Below are positions 8,914-17,947 of a stretch of DNA of 32,189 bases, piece by piece. The stretch covers positions 1 through 32,189 of the IMG/VR virus record IMGVR_UViG_3300033076_000047. The stretch is one strand, 5' to 3'. The notes under the pieces were generated by a model that was given only the letters and a program-made list of their open reading frames with translations, did no database searches and was not told where the DNA came from. Source of the stretch: a virus. Taxonomy: Duplodnaviria; Caudoviricetes. Made by a program: the position numbers and the translations under genes. Positions within the stretch are counted from its first letter, which is position 1. Each line of letters opens with the position of its first letter.

Positions 8914-9894
8914 TTAGACAAAGCCACCAGTAAGAATCCAACCCGCATCTTTTGCGCGTGTGGTTAACAACGCATCAGGGAATTGAGAAACTTGCAATGG
9001 AGCCATATTTGTACGTTTCAGAGTGGCTTTTGCCTGTGCAGCAAATGCGTTAATCATCTGAATCTGGGTTGCAGACGCTTTGCCATACATAGGCATCAAA
9101 CGCTCTGCTAAACACCAACGGAAAGCCATCATGTAGCCTTGTGGCATCACAATGCTTGAATACATTGAATCGTAACGACTAAACAATGTGTTCGCAAACA
9201 TATGGACTTCGCCCTGTGAAGGGTTAGGCCACAAGAACAGATTTCCTGAATCTTCGCCAGGGTTGTAATACAACGCTTTAGGCCAAGGACCGTTTAACGT
9301 TTTCAAGCCAATCATTTCATATTGCTGGAGCGCCAACACAGAAATTGGGTAATCCAAACCGCCATTAACAACGGGTTGACCGTTGGATGTTGTATTGATA
9401 CGCACAAAGGCCGAATCAATACTTAATGGCTTTTGGTAATACGCCGTGATGTTTGTTGAAGAAACGTTCTGAGAAATGTTCAGGAAATACGTTCCAACTT
9501 CGTTTACGTTGCCGCCTGCACCAGTGCCAAATTTCACAATCTTTGTGCCTGGCAAAATGCCCGTGCCACTCAATGTTTGACCCTGAGCCACAGCACCAGA
9601 GTTGATGCCAGTAACTGTAAGAATGTTTCCAGAGATAGACCCGACAAAAGACGCGCCAACAAAGTTTGGAGTGCTTGGGTCTGGACCAATGGTGTATTGC
9701 GTTTGACCGTTTACAACAGGGAAAATAATTTCAGTTACGTTGAACACCATGTAACTCTCGTTTGACCATTGGTCAATCAAGTCGTTAAACATATCAAACG
9801 CATCTTGGGCAGCGTCTGGTGTAGGTGTTTCGCCAGCTTCCAAAGCGCCAATGTCTTTTAAAGCTCTGCTAATAATGTCAATTGGCGTTGTCAT
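8914..9894 (-). CDS. Head-to-tail adaptor (P22 gp4-like) with one inserted beta domain
   Basis: T..DII.RALKDIGAL..GETP...AQDA...NDLIDQW N-terminus and P.GY..A....LA..L.P.YG C-terminus; directly upstream of the hub gene. Confidence 0.8.
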   Translation of the reverse strand: MTTPIDIISRALKDIGALEAGETPTPDAAQDAFDMFNDLIDQWSNESYMVFNVTEIIFPVVNGQTQYTIGPDPSTPNFVGASFVGSISGNILTVTGINSGAVAQGQTLSGTGILPGTKIVKFGTGAGGNVNEVGTYFLNISQNVSSTNITAYYQKPLSIDSAFVRINTTSNGQPVVNGGLDYPISVLALQQYEMIGLKTLNGPWPKALYYNPGEDSGNLFLWPNPSQGEVHMFANTLFSRYDSMYSSIVMPQGYMMAFRWCLAERLMPMYGKASATQIQMINAFAAQAKATLKRTNMAPLQVSQFPDALLTTRAKDAGWILTGGFV

Positions 9895-9903
9895 ACAGAT
9901 TCC

Positions 9904-10050
9904 TTATTCTTGTTCAGGCTGTGGCTTGAGTTGTGGTTGTGCTTGTTGGTCAATCTTTTGAAGGATTGGAGCTGCAAATTTGTAAGGCATTTCGTGCAAT
10001 GCCTGACTGATTATCTGCAATTCTTGCAACGTGAACTCAAGTTTTATCAT
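9904..10050 (-). CDS. Small hypothetical protein (48 aa), possibly fibre assembly-associated
   Basis: Own translation MIKLEFTLQELQIISQALHEMPYKFAAPILQKIDQQAQPQLKPQPEQE; ATGA overlap with the upstream gene; fills the gap; absent from the ORF track. Confidence 0.75.
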   Translation of the reverse strand: MIKLEFTLQELQIISQALHEMPYKFAAPILQKIDQQAQPQLKPQPEQE

Positions 10051-10358
10051 AGCTCTGGCGTGAATGTTTGAGGCAACCAAGGAGCAGGAACAGGCTTTGC
10101 CTTAATGTTGTTCAATTGCTCTTTCAGCCTAGATTTTATGGTGCTTTCACCATCAAATGTCGATTCATTTTCAATCCACTGCGCAATCATTTCTTCTGTC
10201 ACATCAGAAAATGGCACATTGGCTTTAGCGTCTTGGAAAGTCCAATAGCCTTCTGTCTCTACGCACTTGTTTTCTTCTTCTAACGAACAAAAGTAACGCG
10301 CAGATGTGATTGTTTCGCCATTAGCGAACACATCAAGGATTTTCCATGTATATGACAT
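10047..10358 (-). CDS. Tail-fibre-associated hypothetical protein
   Basis: 103 aa; YTWKI...PFSDVTEE.I..WI...PAPW pattern common downstream of fibre genes. Confidence 0.7.
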   Translation of the reverse strand: MSYTWKILDVFANGETITSARYFCSLEEENKCVETEGYWTFQDAKANVPFSDVTEEMIAQWIENESTFDGESTIKSRLKEQLNNIKAKPVPAPWLPQTFTPEL

Positions 10359-10367
10359 TTTTAGACC

Positions 10368-10598
10368 TTAAAGACCTAATGCTTGCTTGATTTCTTCGGC
10401 AGTAGTTGCAGAATCAACTTGAGATTGAATTGCCGCATACTTCTCACGGATTGCTTGACGAGCTTGTTCAGCTCCTTCAACTTGACCTGGGATTTGTTTG
10501 GCAATTGCATCATCAAAAGGTTTAAATTCTTCAGCACGCTTTTCACGGCGGATTGAATGACCAATTTCTTTTGCTTTGTTAATGTTTACGGTAATCAT
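10368..10598 (-). CDS. Tail-fibre assembly chaperone-like protein
   Basis: 76 aa helical; ITVNINKAKEI.H..RR..R..EF.P.D...RQAIRE; ATGA-coupled. Confidence 0.65.
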   Translation of the reverse strand: MITVNINKAKEIGHSIRREKRAEEFKPFDDAIAKQIPGQVEGAEQARQAIREKYAAIQSQVDSATTAEEIKQALGL

Positions 10599-10849
10599 TC
10601 AGTCACCTCTGGAAAAGAGTTTGATTCAGCACCAACACCGTCAGTCAATGTGGCAGAGTCAATTTCCCAAGCCGCTCTAAATGTTCGGTCACTTGGTATA
10701 TCTGCGGTAGCAACAATTTTGAATGGCTTTCCAGCAGGCACGTCTTTCAATGCAATAGATTCGATGCCGTACTGCTCAAGAGCTTCTGGCGAAGGAATAA
10801 CGACAGCCACGCCGCCTTCGTCTGTTTGGTAGATGATTCGTTGTGTCAT
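10595..10849 (-). CDS. Tail-fibre assembly-associated protein
   Basis: 84 aa; IIY...GGVAVVIP...IA.KDVPAG.PFKIV...IPSDRTFR.AW; AAGGA RBS. Confidence 0.7.
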   Translation of the reverse strand: MTQRIIYQTDEGGVAVVIPSPEALEQYGIESIALKDVPAGKPFKIVATADIPSDRTFRAAWEIDSATLTDGVGAESNSFPEVTE

Positions 10850-10858
10850 GGTTGTCCT

Positions 10859-11776
10859 TTAGCGGAAAACTGAAAGTTGAATGATTGATGTGTCTACTGT
10901 TGCGCGAGTACCGCCACCAGTAACGCGTGCCGTGATTACTGAAATTGCTGATGTCGATGAAACGCTAGTTGATGCCTCATTTATGTAACTACCAGATGCG
11001 TTTTGAGCAAATGATGCAACACAAGCAGCGTTTGTATCTGGTAATGCGGTTGTTAGATTAGCCGAATAGTCACCTGTACCATTATCCGTAATAGAACTGA
11101 CATTACCACTTGCACGAATCGCCACAGTGCCAGTGCCGTTGAAGTTCACCCAAGCGCGGCAGTCGTAGGCCTTAGCAACTGAGCCAGCACCGTTGGTTGT
11201 CCACATCTGACCGCTGGAGTCGATACGGGCGCGTTCTGCATTTCCAGTCGTGAATTTCATCGGGCCATAAGACCCAGACCCATAAAATTCAGCTACAAGG
11301 TTCACGCCGTTAGCAGGTGTTGCGTCATTCAGAATTCGGAACGAAGTGCCGCTGGCGTTGTATGCATAATCAATTTGAGCATCGCCGCCGCTAACGTGCA
11401 GTTTTCGTACTGGCGAACTCGTACCAATACCTACGTTGCCGCTGGTGTCCTTATAAAACTGACCAGAGCCAATGTTCACAACAGATGTATCACCTGTAAA
11501 ACCATTGATGGTTGGGTTGGTCAATGTCATGCCAGCAAATGTCGTTTTAGTTTCACCCAAAGACACAGCGGTTGAACCAAGCGTAAAACTTGAATTGACC
11601 AGCTTGGCGTTAGCAATTGAACCAGCCAACATTGTGTTTGTCACAGTACCTGTGTCGCCAGTTGTCACCATGTCACCAGACGTTGCAGGAACGTTGATGT
11701 TATAGGTTGATGCCGTGTTAGGTCCAACTAGGTTGACCTGACCGCCTAATGTGGCCTGAAATACAAGATTTCCCAT
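10859..11776 (-). CDS. Tail fibre protein (short)
   Basis: GNVGIGTSSP, ERARIDSSG and CRAWVNFNGTGTVAIRASGNVSSITDNGTGDY motifs of phage fibres. Confidence 0.8.
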   Translation of the reverse strand: MGNLVFQATLGGQVNLVGPNTASTYNINVPATSGDMVTTGDTGTVTNTMLAGSIANAKLVNSSFTLGSTAVSLGETKTTFAGMTLTNPTINGFTGDTSVVNIGSGQFYKDTSGNVGIGTSSPVRKLHVSGGDAQIDYAYNASGTSFRILNDATPANGVNLVAEFYGSGSYGPMKFTTGNAERARIDSSGQMWTTNGAGSVAKAYDCRAWVNFNGTGTVAIRASGNVSSITDNGTGDYSANLTTALPDTNAACVASFAQNASGSYINEASTSVSSTSAISVITARVTGGGTRATVDTSIIQLSVFR

Positions 11777-11785
11777 ATCTTTTCC

Positions 11786-14287
11786 TTATGGTGCAATTAC
11801 AAGCTGATTGGCGGTTAACGCGCCTGTGCTTGGGTTGAATTTTAGCTTTGTTGATGACACTGTGATAGCCCTATTACCAGAAGAATTACTGACAAAAGTA
11901 GGATAAAACACAGAGTTTGTTGTTGTGTCGTCTGTAACAGCCACATTATTGGCATTTGTTGCCGTTGTTGCTGTCGTGGCAGAACCAGCAGAGCCATCAA
12001 TGCTCACGCCTGTCAGAGATTGGCTGGCGCTTGAACGATTCAAAGCAATGGCTGTTGTGCCAATGTAGACAGTTGAATTGCCTAAAACACCGCTTGGAAT
12101 CGTGCCAGACAGGTTTCCAGCAGTCAAACTGGTCAAAGATGCGCCAGAACCATTAAAAGCTGTTGCAGTCAATGTTCCCGTTGAAGGATTGAACTGGAAT
12201 TTAGTGGAGCTGGTGTATTCCGTTGCAACCAAGCCTGTTGTCACATCAGCAAACAGCGGATAACGGGTTGCGTTGGTGGTTGTATCGTCTGCAATGTTTA
12301 CGTTGGCGGCAGGGCTTGTCCATGTTGGAGCGCCAGTGCCGTTTGACGTTAAAACTTGCCCAGACGTGCCAGCAGAGCTGAAAGCGTAGGCTGTGCCAGT
12401 GCCATAAGCAATTGCTCCAGCCGTAGGCGTGGCAGTTCCATTAGTTCCACCGCTTGCAATTCCAACAGTTCCAATAATGTGCTGAGATTCAACAGATTTG
12501 GTCTGAATTGCCACCAATAATTTGCCATTTACGCCGTGGCTGTAAATTACCACACCAATTTGGATTGAGTAGTTTGGTGCAGTAGGCTCTGTTGCCGTAT
12601 ATGCGCCAGCCACAGATGCAGACAAATAAACAGCATCTCCATCTGCAAATGCAGACGTATCCAGCCCGTTTACCGTTCCATTGATGGTCACATAGCCAAA
12701 ACCATTGTTTGCAATGTCTGTGGTCGTAACGCCAATCACATCAGCGGTTGTGTAAGAAGTGGCAATTGCCTTAGTCACCAATGGCGTTTGACCTGTTGCG
12801 CCGCTAATGTAGACAACCGTTCCGTCTGGAATAGTTGAGCCTGTCTGATTTCTTACACGAACAATCTGCTCTTGTCCGATATTGACGGACATTTGCGAAC
12901 TGTCGTTGTAATAGTTCAGCGTGTGGGCAGCAGAATCATAGAAGACACGACCTTCAGCGTATGTTGGCGCTGTTGTAGGCGTGTAAGCTGTGTAGTCAGA
13001 AACTGTTGGGTTGTTCAACGTGGCAGCAGTAGCCAAAGCCACTACCGTTCCAGTTCCAGTTGTCGAATATGACGTTCCCCAAGCTGTACCAGTGGAATTG
13101 GCAATGCCAGCGCCAGGGTAAGTCATTGGTGCAGCGTTAGAAATCGTTACAGCCGTTCCACCGTTGTATGTGGATGATGTAGCTGTGATTCCTGTGCTAA
13201 ATGTCAGATTAGCAAGGTTAGAACCAAGCGAAATGCCAGAAATGGTGCTATTTGCCAACTGAGCGTTGGAAATTGTGCCACTCAGGTCAGTTGTTGGAAT
13301 GGTTGATGAAGCTGTCAGAGCAGACGTGCCAGAACCCTTGACATAGCCTGTCAAGGTAGTTGCGCCTGTTCCGCCATTAGCCACATCAATTGTTGTTGCG
13401 TTCCAAGTGCCTGCGGTCAATGTGCCAACGCCTGTGATTCCCGTGTAAGAACCAGACAATTGAGCCGAATCAAGCGTTCCTGACGTGATTTGAGTGGCAG
13501 CAATTGCAATGTCTTGGTCTGTCAGGCTGGTCAATTGACCTTGAGCATTTACAGTCGCCGTGACGGTTTTTGATGCAGAACCTTTGGTTGCCGCAGTTAC
13601 GCCAGTGTTTGTAATGCTGAACGTATTAGCTGAAAGGGTAAGACCTGTGCCAGCGTAATAGGTTGATGCAGCCGAAAACTGAACCCAAGGCATTGCTGTA
13701 ACGCCAATTGTTCCAGTATCTGCGGCAGTACAAACCCAACCAGTTTGACCCAAAGTGCCATTCAAAATGACCGTGTATGCGCCAGGCACTTCTGACCACA
13801 CATCCATGTCAGATGAACGTGACCAAGCACCAGCACCAGCAATATAAATGCCGTTTTCAGCCGATGTGCTTTGATTCTTGACCAAAACCCTGTCACCAGC
13901 CAATGTGGTGTAAGTATCAATGGTCTGAAGCCCTGACAACGTAATGTTGGCAGTTGTGGCGCACTTGACCGCTTGTTTTGGGTTTAAGCCTTGAGCAATC
14001 GCATCCACATATTGTTTGTTGGCAATGTCTGTGTTTGCGCTTGGCGCTGTGGAAACTTGACCAGTTGTGGCACTTACGTTGGTGAACACGCCTGTTGATG
14101 GCGTAGTCGCACCAATAGTTGTGCTGTCAATCGTGCTGTCCGTAATGTGCAACCCTGACTGTTGTGGGTCAACGGTTGCATAAAACGGCTTGTTCTGACC
14201 GATAAAGGTCTGAAAGTTATCCTGCGCGTCAAAATATGCCTGAACAGGCAATAAGTTCTGTACTGAGGATTCTGCGGGGTCTGACAT
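11786..14287 (-). CDS. Long Thr/Gly/Ser/Ala-rich tail fibre protein
   Basis: 833 aa; ANKQYVD, NITLSGLQTID...GDRVLVKNQ...NGIY, GGTGAT repeats, GTSGQVLTSNG.GAPTW. Confidence 0.8.
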   Translation of the reverse strand: MSDPAESSVQNLLPVQAYFDAQDNFQTFIGQNKPFYATVDPQQSGLHITDSTIDSTTIGATTPSTGVFTNVSATTGQVSTAPSANTDIANKQYVDAIAQGLNPKQAVKCATTANITLSGLQTIDTYTTLAGDRVLVKNQSTSAENGIYIAGAGAWSRSSDMDVWSEVPGAYTVILNGTLGQTGWVCTAADTGTIGVTAMPWVQFSAASTYYAGTGLTLSANTFSITNTGVTAATKGSASKTVTATVNAQGQLTSLTDQDIAIAATQITSGTLDSAQLSGSYTGITGVGTLTAGTWNATTIDVANGGTGATTLTGYVKGSGTSALTASSTIPTTDLSGTISNAQLANSTISGISLGSNLANLTFSTGITATSSTYNGGTAVTISNAAPMTYPGAGIANSTGTAWGTSYSTTGTGTVVALATAATLNNPTVSDYTAYTPTTAPTYAEGRVFYDSAAHTLNYYNDSSQMSVNIGQEQIVRVRNQTGSTIPDGTVVYISGATGQTPLVTKAIATSYTTADVIGVTTTDIANNGFGYVTINGTVNGLDTSAFADGDAVYLSASVAGAYTATEPTAPNYSIQIGVVIYSHGVNGKLLVAIQTKSVESQHIIGTVGIASGGTNGTATPTAGAIAYGTGTAYAFSSAGTSGQVLTSNGTGAPTWTSPAANVNIADDTTTNATRYPLFADVTTGLVATEYTSSTKFQFNPSTGTLTATAFNGSGASLTSLTAGNLSGTIPSGVLGNSTVYIGTTAIALNRSSASQSLTGVSIDGSAGSATTATTATNANNVAVTDDTTTNSVFYPTFVSNSSGNRAITVSSTKLKFNPSTGALTANQLVIAP

Positions 14288-14304
14288 TCCTGCCCCCTTT
14301 TAAA

Positions 14305-14649
14305 TTAAGCGCCGACAGGAGTGACGTACACGATTGATGGGCCAGCAGCCGAACCAATCATACGAACATATGTAGGAGTTGTTGGGACTGCGAAAATCAA
14401 AGGCACAGTCATGCCAGCAGGCAACACAAAGTCACCAGTGGTTGAGCCGCTAACAGGCAAGACAGGTGCAGAAACACCAGTTGGGCCAAACTTAACAGCC
14501 ACTTGAGTTGCGCCAGTGTTGAGCAATGCCACGCAGTTGTTTTGGTCGTTACTTGCGTTGTTCACCAGAACTTGAGAAGTAGCGGATGCGCCGACAGACA
14601 CAGCGGTTGTTACGCCGATTGGTCGGACAAAATTGGTTACGGTTGCCAT
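14305..14649 (-). CDS. Hypothetical beta-rich virion protein
   Basis: 114 aa, Val/Thr/Ala/Gly-rich; AAGGA RBS; within the structural block. Confidence 0.7.
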   Translation of the reverse strand: MATVTNFVRPIGVTTAVSVGASATSQVLVNNASNDQNNCVALLNTGATQVAVKFGPTGVSAPVLPVSGSTTGDFVLPAGMTVPLIFAVPTTPTYVRMIGSAAGPSIVYVTPVGA

Positions 14650-14679
14650 AAAAATTCCTTTGCAAAGAATGGGCTAATT

Positions 14680-15339
14680 CTAACGATTTCTGAGCCAATC
14701 GCCAACGTGACCCTTAAAGATTTTAAGACCAGTGTGCCCCATGTGCATCTCTGGGTCTATCCAAACTTGACCACCAATTTTGCGCCAGCGAATACAGAAG
14801 CTGAAGTCCTCGCCATATTTGTAGCCATCCTCAAAGATGTGGTCAAACAATGGGTAAAACTGCTTGTCTCGTTCGGCTGTGTAGTAATGCTTTTCTGGAT
14901 AGGCTTCAATCAGCTTGGCAATGCAATTACGGCTGATTTTCATAAACCCAGTTGGCACAGACTTAACTTCCAACAACCCAGTTTCAGGGTCAGCCCAAAG
15001 CTCTGGCTTGTCAAGGTAGTGGATTGGATAAATCACAGGGTCACGGCGGGTTGGGTAAATACCAGCCACCAAGTCAACAGGATGGTCAATTAGCTTTAAC
15101 AAACCACCATCCTGCCAAGAAACGTCATTGTCAACAAACACTAGGCAATCACAGTCTGATTCCCAGAATTTAGTGGCAATTACGCCTCGGCTGTCAGCGA
15201 TTAAGGCATTGCCAATATCGTCAACAAGAGTAAAAGTGTCGCCCCTTTTAACCAATTTGAGAATGTCGTTCATCAACGATCTCATGGTTGCGACATGGAT
15301 TGTCCCCGTATAAGCGGGAATGGCAATCATAACGTGCAT
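14680..15339 (-). CDS. GT-A fold glycosyltransferase-like protein
   Basis: VMIAIPAY first strand, LI..SR, FVDND (DxD) motif, TGFMKISR, GEDFSFC.RW..IGG.VWIDP....H.G; GGAG RBS. Confidence 0.8.
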   Translation of the reverse strand: MHVMIAIPAYTGTIHVATMRSLMNDILKLVKRGDTFTLVDDIGNALIADSRGVIATKFWESDCDCLVFVDNDVSWQDGGLLKLIDHPVDLVAGIYPTRRDPVIYPIHYLDKPELWADPETGLLEVKSVPTGFMKISRNCIAKLIEAYPEKHYYTAERDKQFYPLFDHIFEDGYKYGEDFSFCIRWRKIGGQVWIDPEMHMGHTGLKIFKGHVGDWLRNR

Positions 15340-15353
15340 GGTGTCTCCAATGT

Positions 15354-15382
15354 AAAAAAAGCCATCCCCTTTCGAGAATGGC
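15354..15382 (-). terminator. Intrinsic terminator after the capsid-decoration genes
   Basis: Minus strand GCCATTCTC-GAAA-GGGGATGGC followed by T7. Confidence 0.85.
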
Positions 15383-15403
15383 CTTTAAGCAACTGCTTAA
15401 CGA

Positions 15404-15637
15404 TTAGGCTGTGAGGCCAACGTCTTGCAACGCAGTGATGAGGTCGTTCACAGCGGTGACAATCTCAGCAGTGGTGGGAGTTGCTGGCAAAGCGGTGATA
15501 GCACCAGCTTGCACGACAGGAGTTGTACCGTAGAAGCCAACTTTGCCGCCAGAAGCGCCAACCAACGAACCGTCAGCTGCGCCACCGTTGAGCAAATAAA
15601 TAGGGGTTTGGGTACTTGCTGGACCTGGATTAGACAT
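15404..15637 (-). CDS. Head decoration / head-fibre-like small protein
   Basis: 77 aa right after the coat gene; KVGFYG.TPVVQ...AVN.LI.AL..VGL.A ending; AAGGA RBS. Confidence 0.7.
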   Translation of the reverse strand: MSNPGPASTQTPIYLLNGGAADGSLVGASGGKVGFYGTTPVVQAGAITALPATPTTAEIVTAVNDLITALQDVGLTA

Positions 15638-15667
15638 TTTCAGTTTCCTTTAAAAAGAATTTTGAGA

Positions 15668-15689
15668 AGCGGGGGATTTCTCCCCCACC
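15668..15689 (-). promoter_or_regulatory. GC-rich GNRA hairpin downstream of the coat gene (stabiliser or weak terminator)
   Basis: Minus strand GGTGGGGGA-GAAA-TCCCCCGCT without a strong U-tract. Confidence 0.6.
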
Positions 15690-15696
15690 ATTTCAA

Positions 15697-16932
15697 TTAG
15701 CTGGCAACACGGCAAGCCAATTCAGGGTACAGAGGAGCCCAACCGTACAACACATCCAAACGAGTGGGGATGGAGTCGTTGTTGATGGTGTATTGACGCA
15801 CCACACGGATCGACAAACCTGCGTCTTTGTCTGCTGCACGACCAGCAAAATGCACGCCTTCTGGCAATTCCAAATCGGCAGAAGCCAATGTGAAAGCGTT
15901 TTTGTGCATGATGATGTTCTGTGGAGACACAGCGCCAGCCTTGTTGTAGAAGTTCACAGCGGCTGAACCAGCAGATGGAACGCTCACGTTTTGGAACTGA
16001 CCAGCAGTGATAACGGCGGGGCTAACAGTCACGTTGAATGTTGCGTTAGTGCCAGAAGCGGCAGACTTCACAACAAAGTTACGCAGCTTGTTAGAGCCGT
16101 AGGCTTGACGGTTTTGTGGGTTAACTGCGTAAACGCCATCAATAGTGATAACGTCACCAGCCAACAAGCTCACAGCGCCTGTCGAAGTGATGCTGATGGT
16201 AGAGCTAGAAGCCCAACCAGAGGTCAAGAAACCAGTAGCGGTTGAAGTGTTGCACACAGCAGTACCAGCAAAAGAGCCGAAAGTGTGTGCGGCAATGTTT
16301 TGGTCCATTTTCCAATCCATGCCACCAGTGTCACGACCCATCATGCCCTTTTTGTACTGGTTGCCGATAGTTTCGGAAGGCACAAACAGAGTTTTGAGGC
16401 TGTTCACAATGGTTGCAGAAGTGAATGGCTCGATCACGCAAGTGCGGCGACCATCGCGTGGTGCGCCTTCAGCATCCAGATAGGCTTGGGCGGTCAAATA
16501 AGTGCCCAAATCGCTAGAAGGAGTACCAGGAGTACCAACGATGTTAGCTGTGTTCAAAGCAGCCATTGTTGTACCGTCAAAGTCAATCTTGTTGGCGATT
16601 GCTGCGATGGCGGGCTTCAACACGCGGTCAGAGAACATATCCAACGACAAAGCCAAGTCCTGAGTGGTGAACTGGGTGTCAACGTGGAATTGGGTAGACA
16701 AAGTCACAGGCACTGAGGTTTCGTTGAAATCTTCAACGTTCAGGGCAGGACCAGTTGTACCGATGAAACGACCAGGCTTACGAACGTTCAAAGTGTTACC
16801 AATTTTCGCGCCAGCGACAGCGAATTGGTCATCATAAGAACGGTCAACGCCGCTAGAGAAAGTCAAACTGTTTTCCAAGACCATCAACGCTTCGTTGGTG
16901 ATCTTGCTAATGGTTAGCAAATTGTTGCTCAT
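15697..16932 (-). CDS. Major capsid protein, P22 coat (gp5) family
   Basis: 411 aa; N.LLT...IT.EAL..LEN, KIG.TL.VRKP, GDVITI.GV.AVNP, RLDVLYG...YPELACR; follows the scaffold gene. Confidence 0.92.
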   Translation of the reverse strand: MSNNLLTISKITNEALMVLENSLTFSSGVDRSYDDQFAVAGAKIGNTLNVRKPGRFIGTTGPALNVEDFNETSVPVTLSTQFHVDTQFTTQDLALSLDMFSDRVLKPAIAAIANKIDFDGTTMAALNTANIVGTPGTPSSDLGTYLTAQAYLDAEGAPRDGRRTCVIEPFTSATIVNSLKTLFVPSETIGNQYKKGMMGRDTGGMDWKMDQNIAAHTFGSFAGTAVCNTSTATGFLTSGWASSSTISITSTGAVSLLAGDVITIDGVYAVNPQNRQAYGSNKLRNFVVKSAASGTNATFNVTVSPAVITAGQFQNVSVPSAGSAAVNFYNKAGAVSPQNIIMHKNAFTLASADLELPEGVHFAGRAADKDAGLSIRVVRQYTINNDSIPTRLDVLYGWAPLYPELACRVAS

Positions 16933-16968
16933 GGTTTTACTCCAAGATATATGAACAAAAAAGGGTTC

Positions 16969-17880
16969 TTACCTGATCTTACCTTGCGATCGCATGGCTT
17001 TCCATTGAGCGTAACTGCCGTAAAACTTGCCATCGCTGTCAAGTGGTAGGTCAGCCACGCCTGATGTTGCCTTGAGAGGCTTGGCAGGAGCAGGCGCTTT
17101 ACTGCGGTTCACGGGTTGTGCGTCTTCAGCCTTTTGTGATTTCTCAAATCGGGCCTCAAGTTTCCCAATCTCTCGCATAGCTGCACGTTCAGACATACCA
17201 GCGATCTTTTGTGCCATTTCCTCATTCTCGGCTAAGTGGTATAGGATTTTTGGACCCACATCACTCTCAAGAATTGCGTCACGGATGGCATCGCCAACCA
17301 CAACGCTAGAACTAGCAACCATATCGTCAAAGTCAGGCAATTCTGCTTTGGCTTGCTCCACTCGTTGCGCCCAAGAATCAATGACCTTTTGGCGCTCTTG
17401 TGCAGCTTTTTCCGCAGCTTCTTGCTGTTTCATCGCCTCAATTCGCTTGTCAGCCGTGTACTCTGCGAGTGCTTTGGCATATTCAAACGCATCAGCGAAC
17501 TGACTTGGCTGTGGTTCTTCATCAACTGTCGCCGCCTGTTTGGGCTGTGACTGTTGTTTCAGTTCCTCAATCTGTCGCTCTAGAGCTTCCCTTGCTTCAC
17601 GTTCCCGTTGCGCTTCTTTACGCGCTTCTTCACGTTGCTTAGTAATCTCAGAAAATCTACGCTCAAGTTTAGGATTCTGCTTACGCTCATCCTGTGATTT
17701 GGCTTCCTCTTTCGCTTCTTCTGGTTCACTCCCGTCAGCTTCAACAACTTCTGGCTCTGCTGGAGTTTCCTCAACAACAGCCTCAGATGGTTGCTCTGCT
17801 TGGGCTAAACCCAGTTTTTGTGCATAGAACTCAGCCGCATTTTCGCTGGTCAAAATTTGACCCGCTTGTTTTTCAGACAT
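16969..17880 (-). CDS. Capsid scaffolding protein
   Basis: 303 aa; acidic N-terminus, coiled coil, PDFD, GPKILYHLA, EIGKLEA, SKAP.P; between portal and coat. Confidence 0.85.
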   Translation of the reverse strand: MSEKQAGQILTSENAAEFYAQKLGLAQAEQPSEAVVEETPAEPEVVEADGSEPEEAKEEAKSQDERKQNPKLERRFSEITKQREEARKEAQREREAREALERQIEELKQQSQPKQAATVDEEPQPSQFADAFEYAKALAEYTADKRIEAMKQQEAAEKAAQERQKVIDSWAQRVEQAKAELPDFDDMVASSSVVVGDAIRDAILESDVGPKILYHLAENEEMAQKIAGMSERAAMREIGKLEARFEKSQKAEDAQPVNRSKAPAPAKPLKATSGVADLPLDSDGKFYGSYAQWKAMRSQGKIR

Positions 17881-17902
17881 TACGTTGTCACTCCGAATTT
17901 GC

Positions 17903-17942
17903 CCAGTTAACCTAACTGGTAAGGTTTGTAGTTAATCTACCA
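17903..17942 (-). promoter_or_regulatory. Candidate extended -10 promoter and leader hairpin for scaffold/coat
   Basis: TG-G-TAGATT (17942-17934), then hairpin CCAGTTA-GGT-TAACTGG (17919-17903) ahead of a GGAG RBS. Confidence 0.55.
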
Positions 17943-17947
17943 CAAAA

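Noticed and set aside
14503-15093. 196-aa + strand ORF
   Set aside because: Antisense to the motif-rich glycosyltransferase, with no RBS or motifs; shadow ORF
17027-17827. Several + strand Ser-rich ORFs
   Set aside because: Antisense shadows of the Glu/Ala-rich scaffold gene
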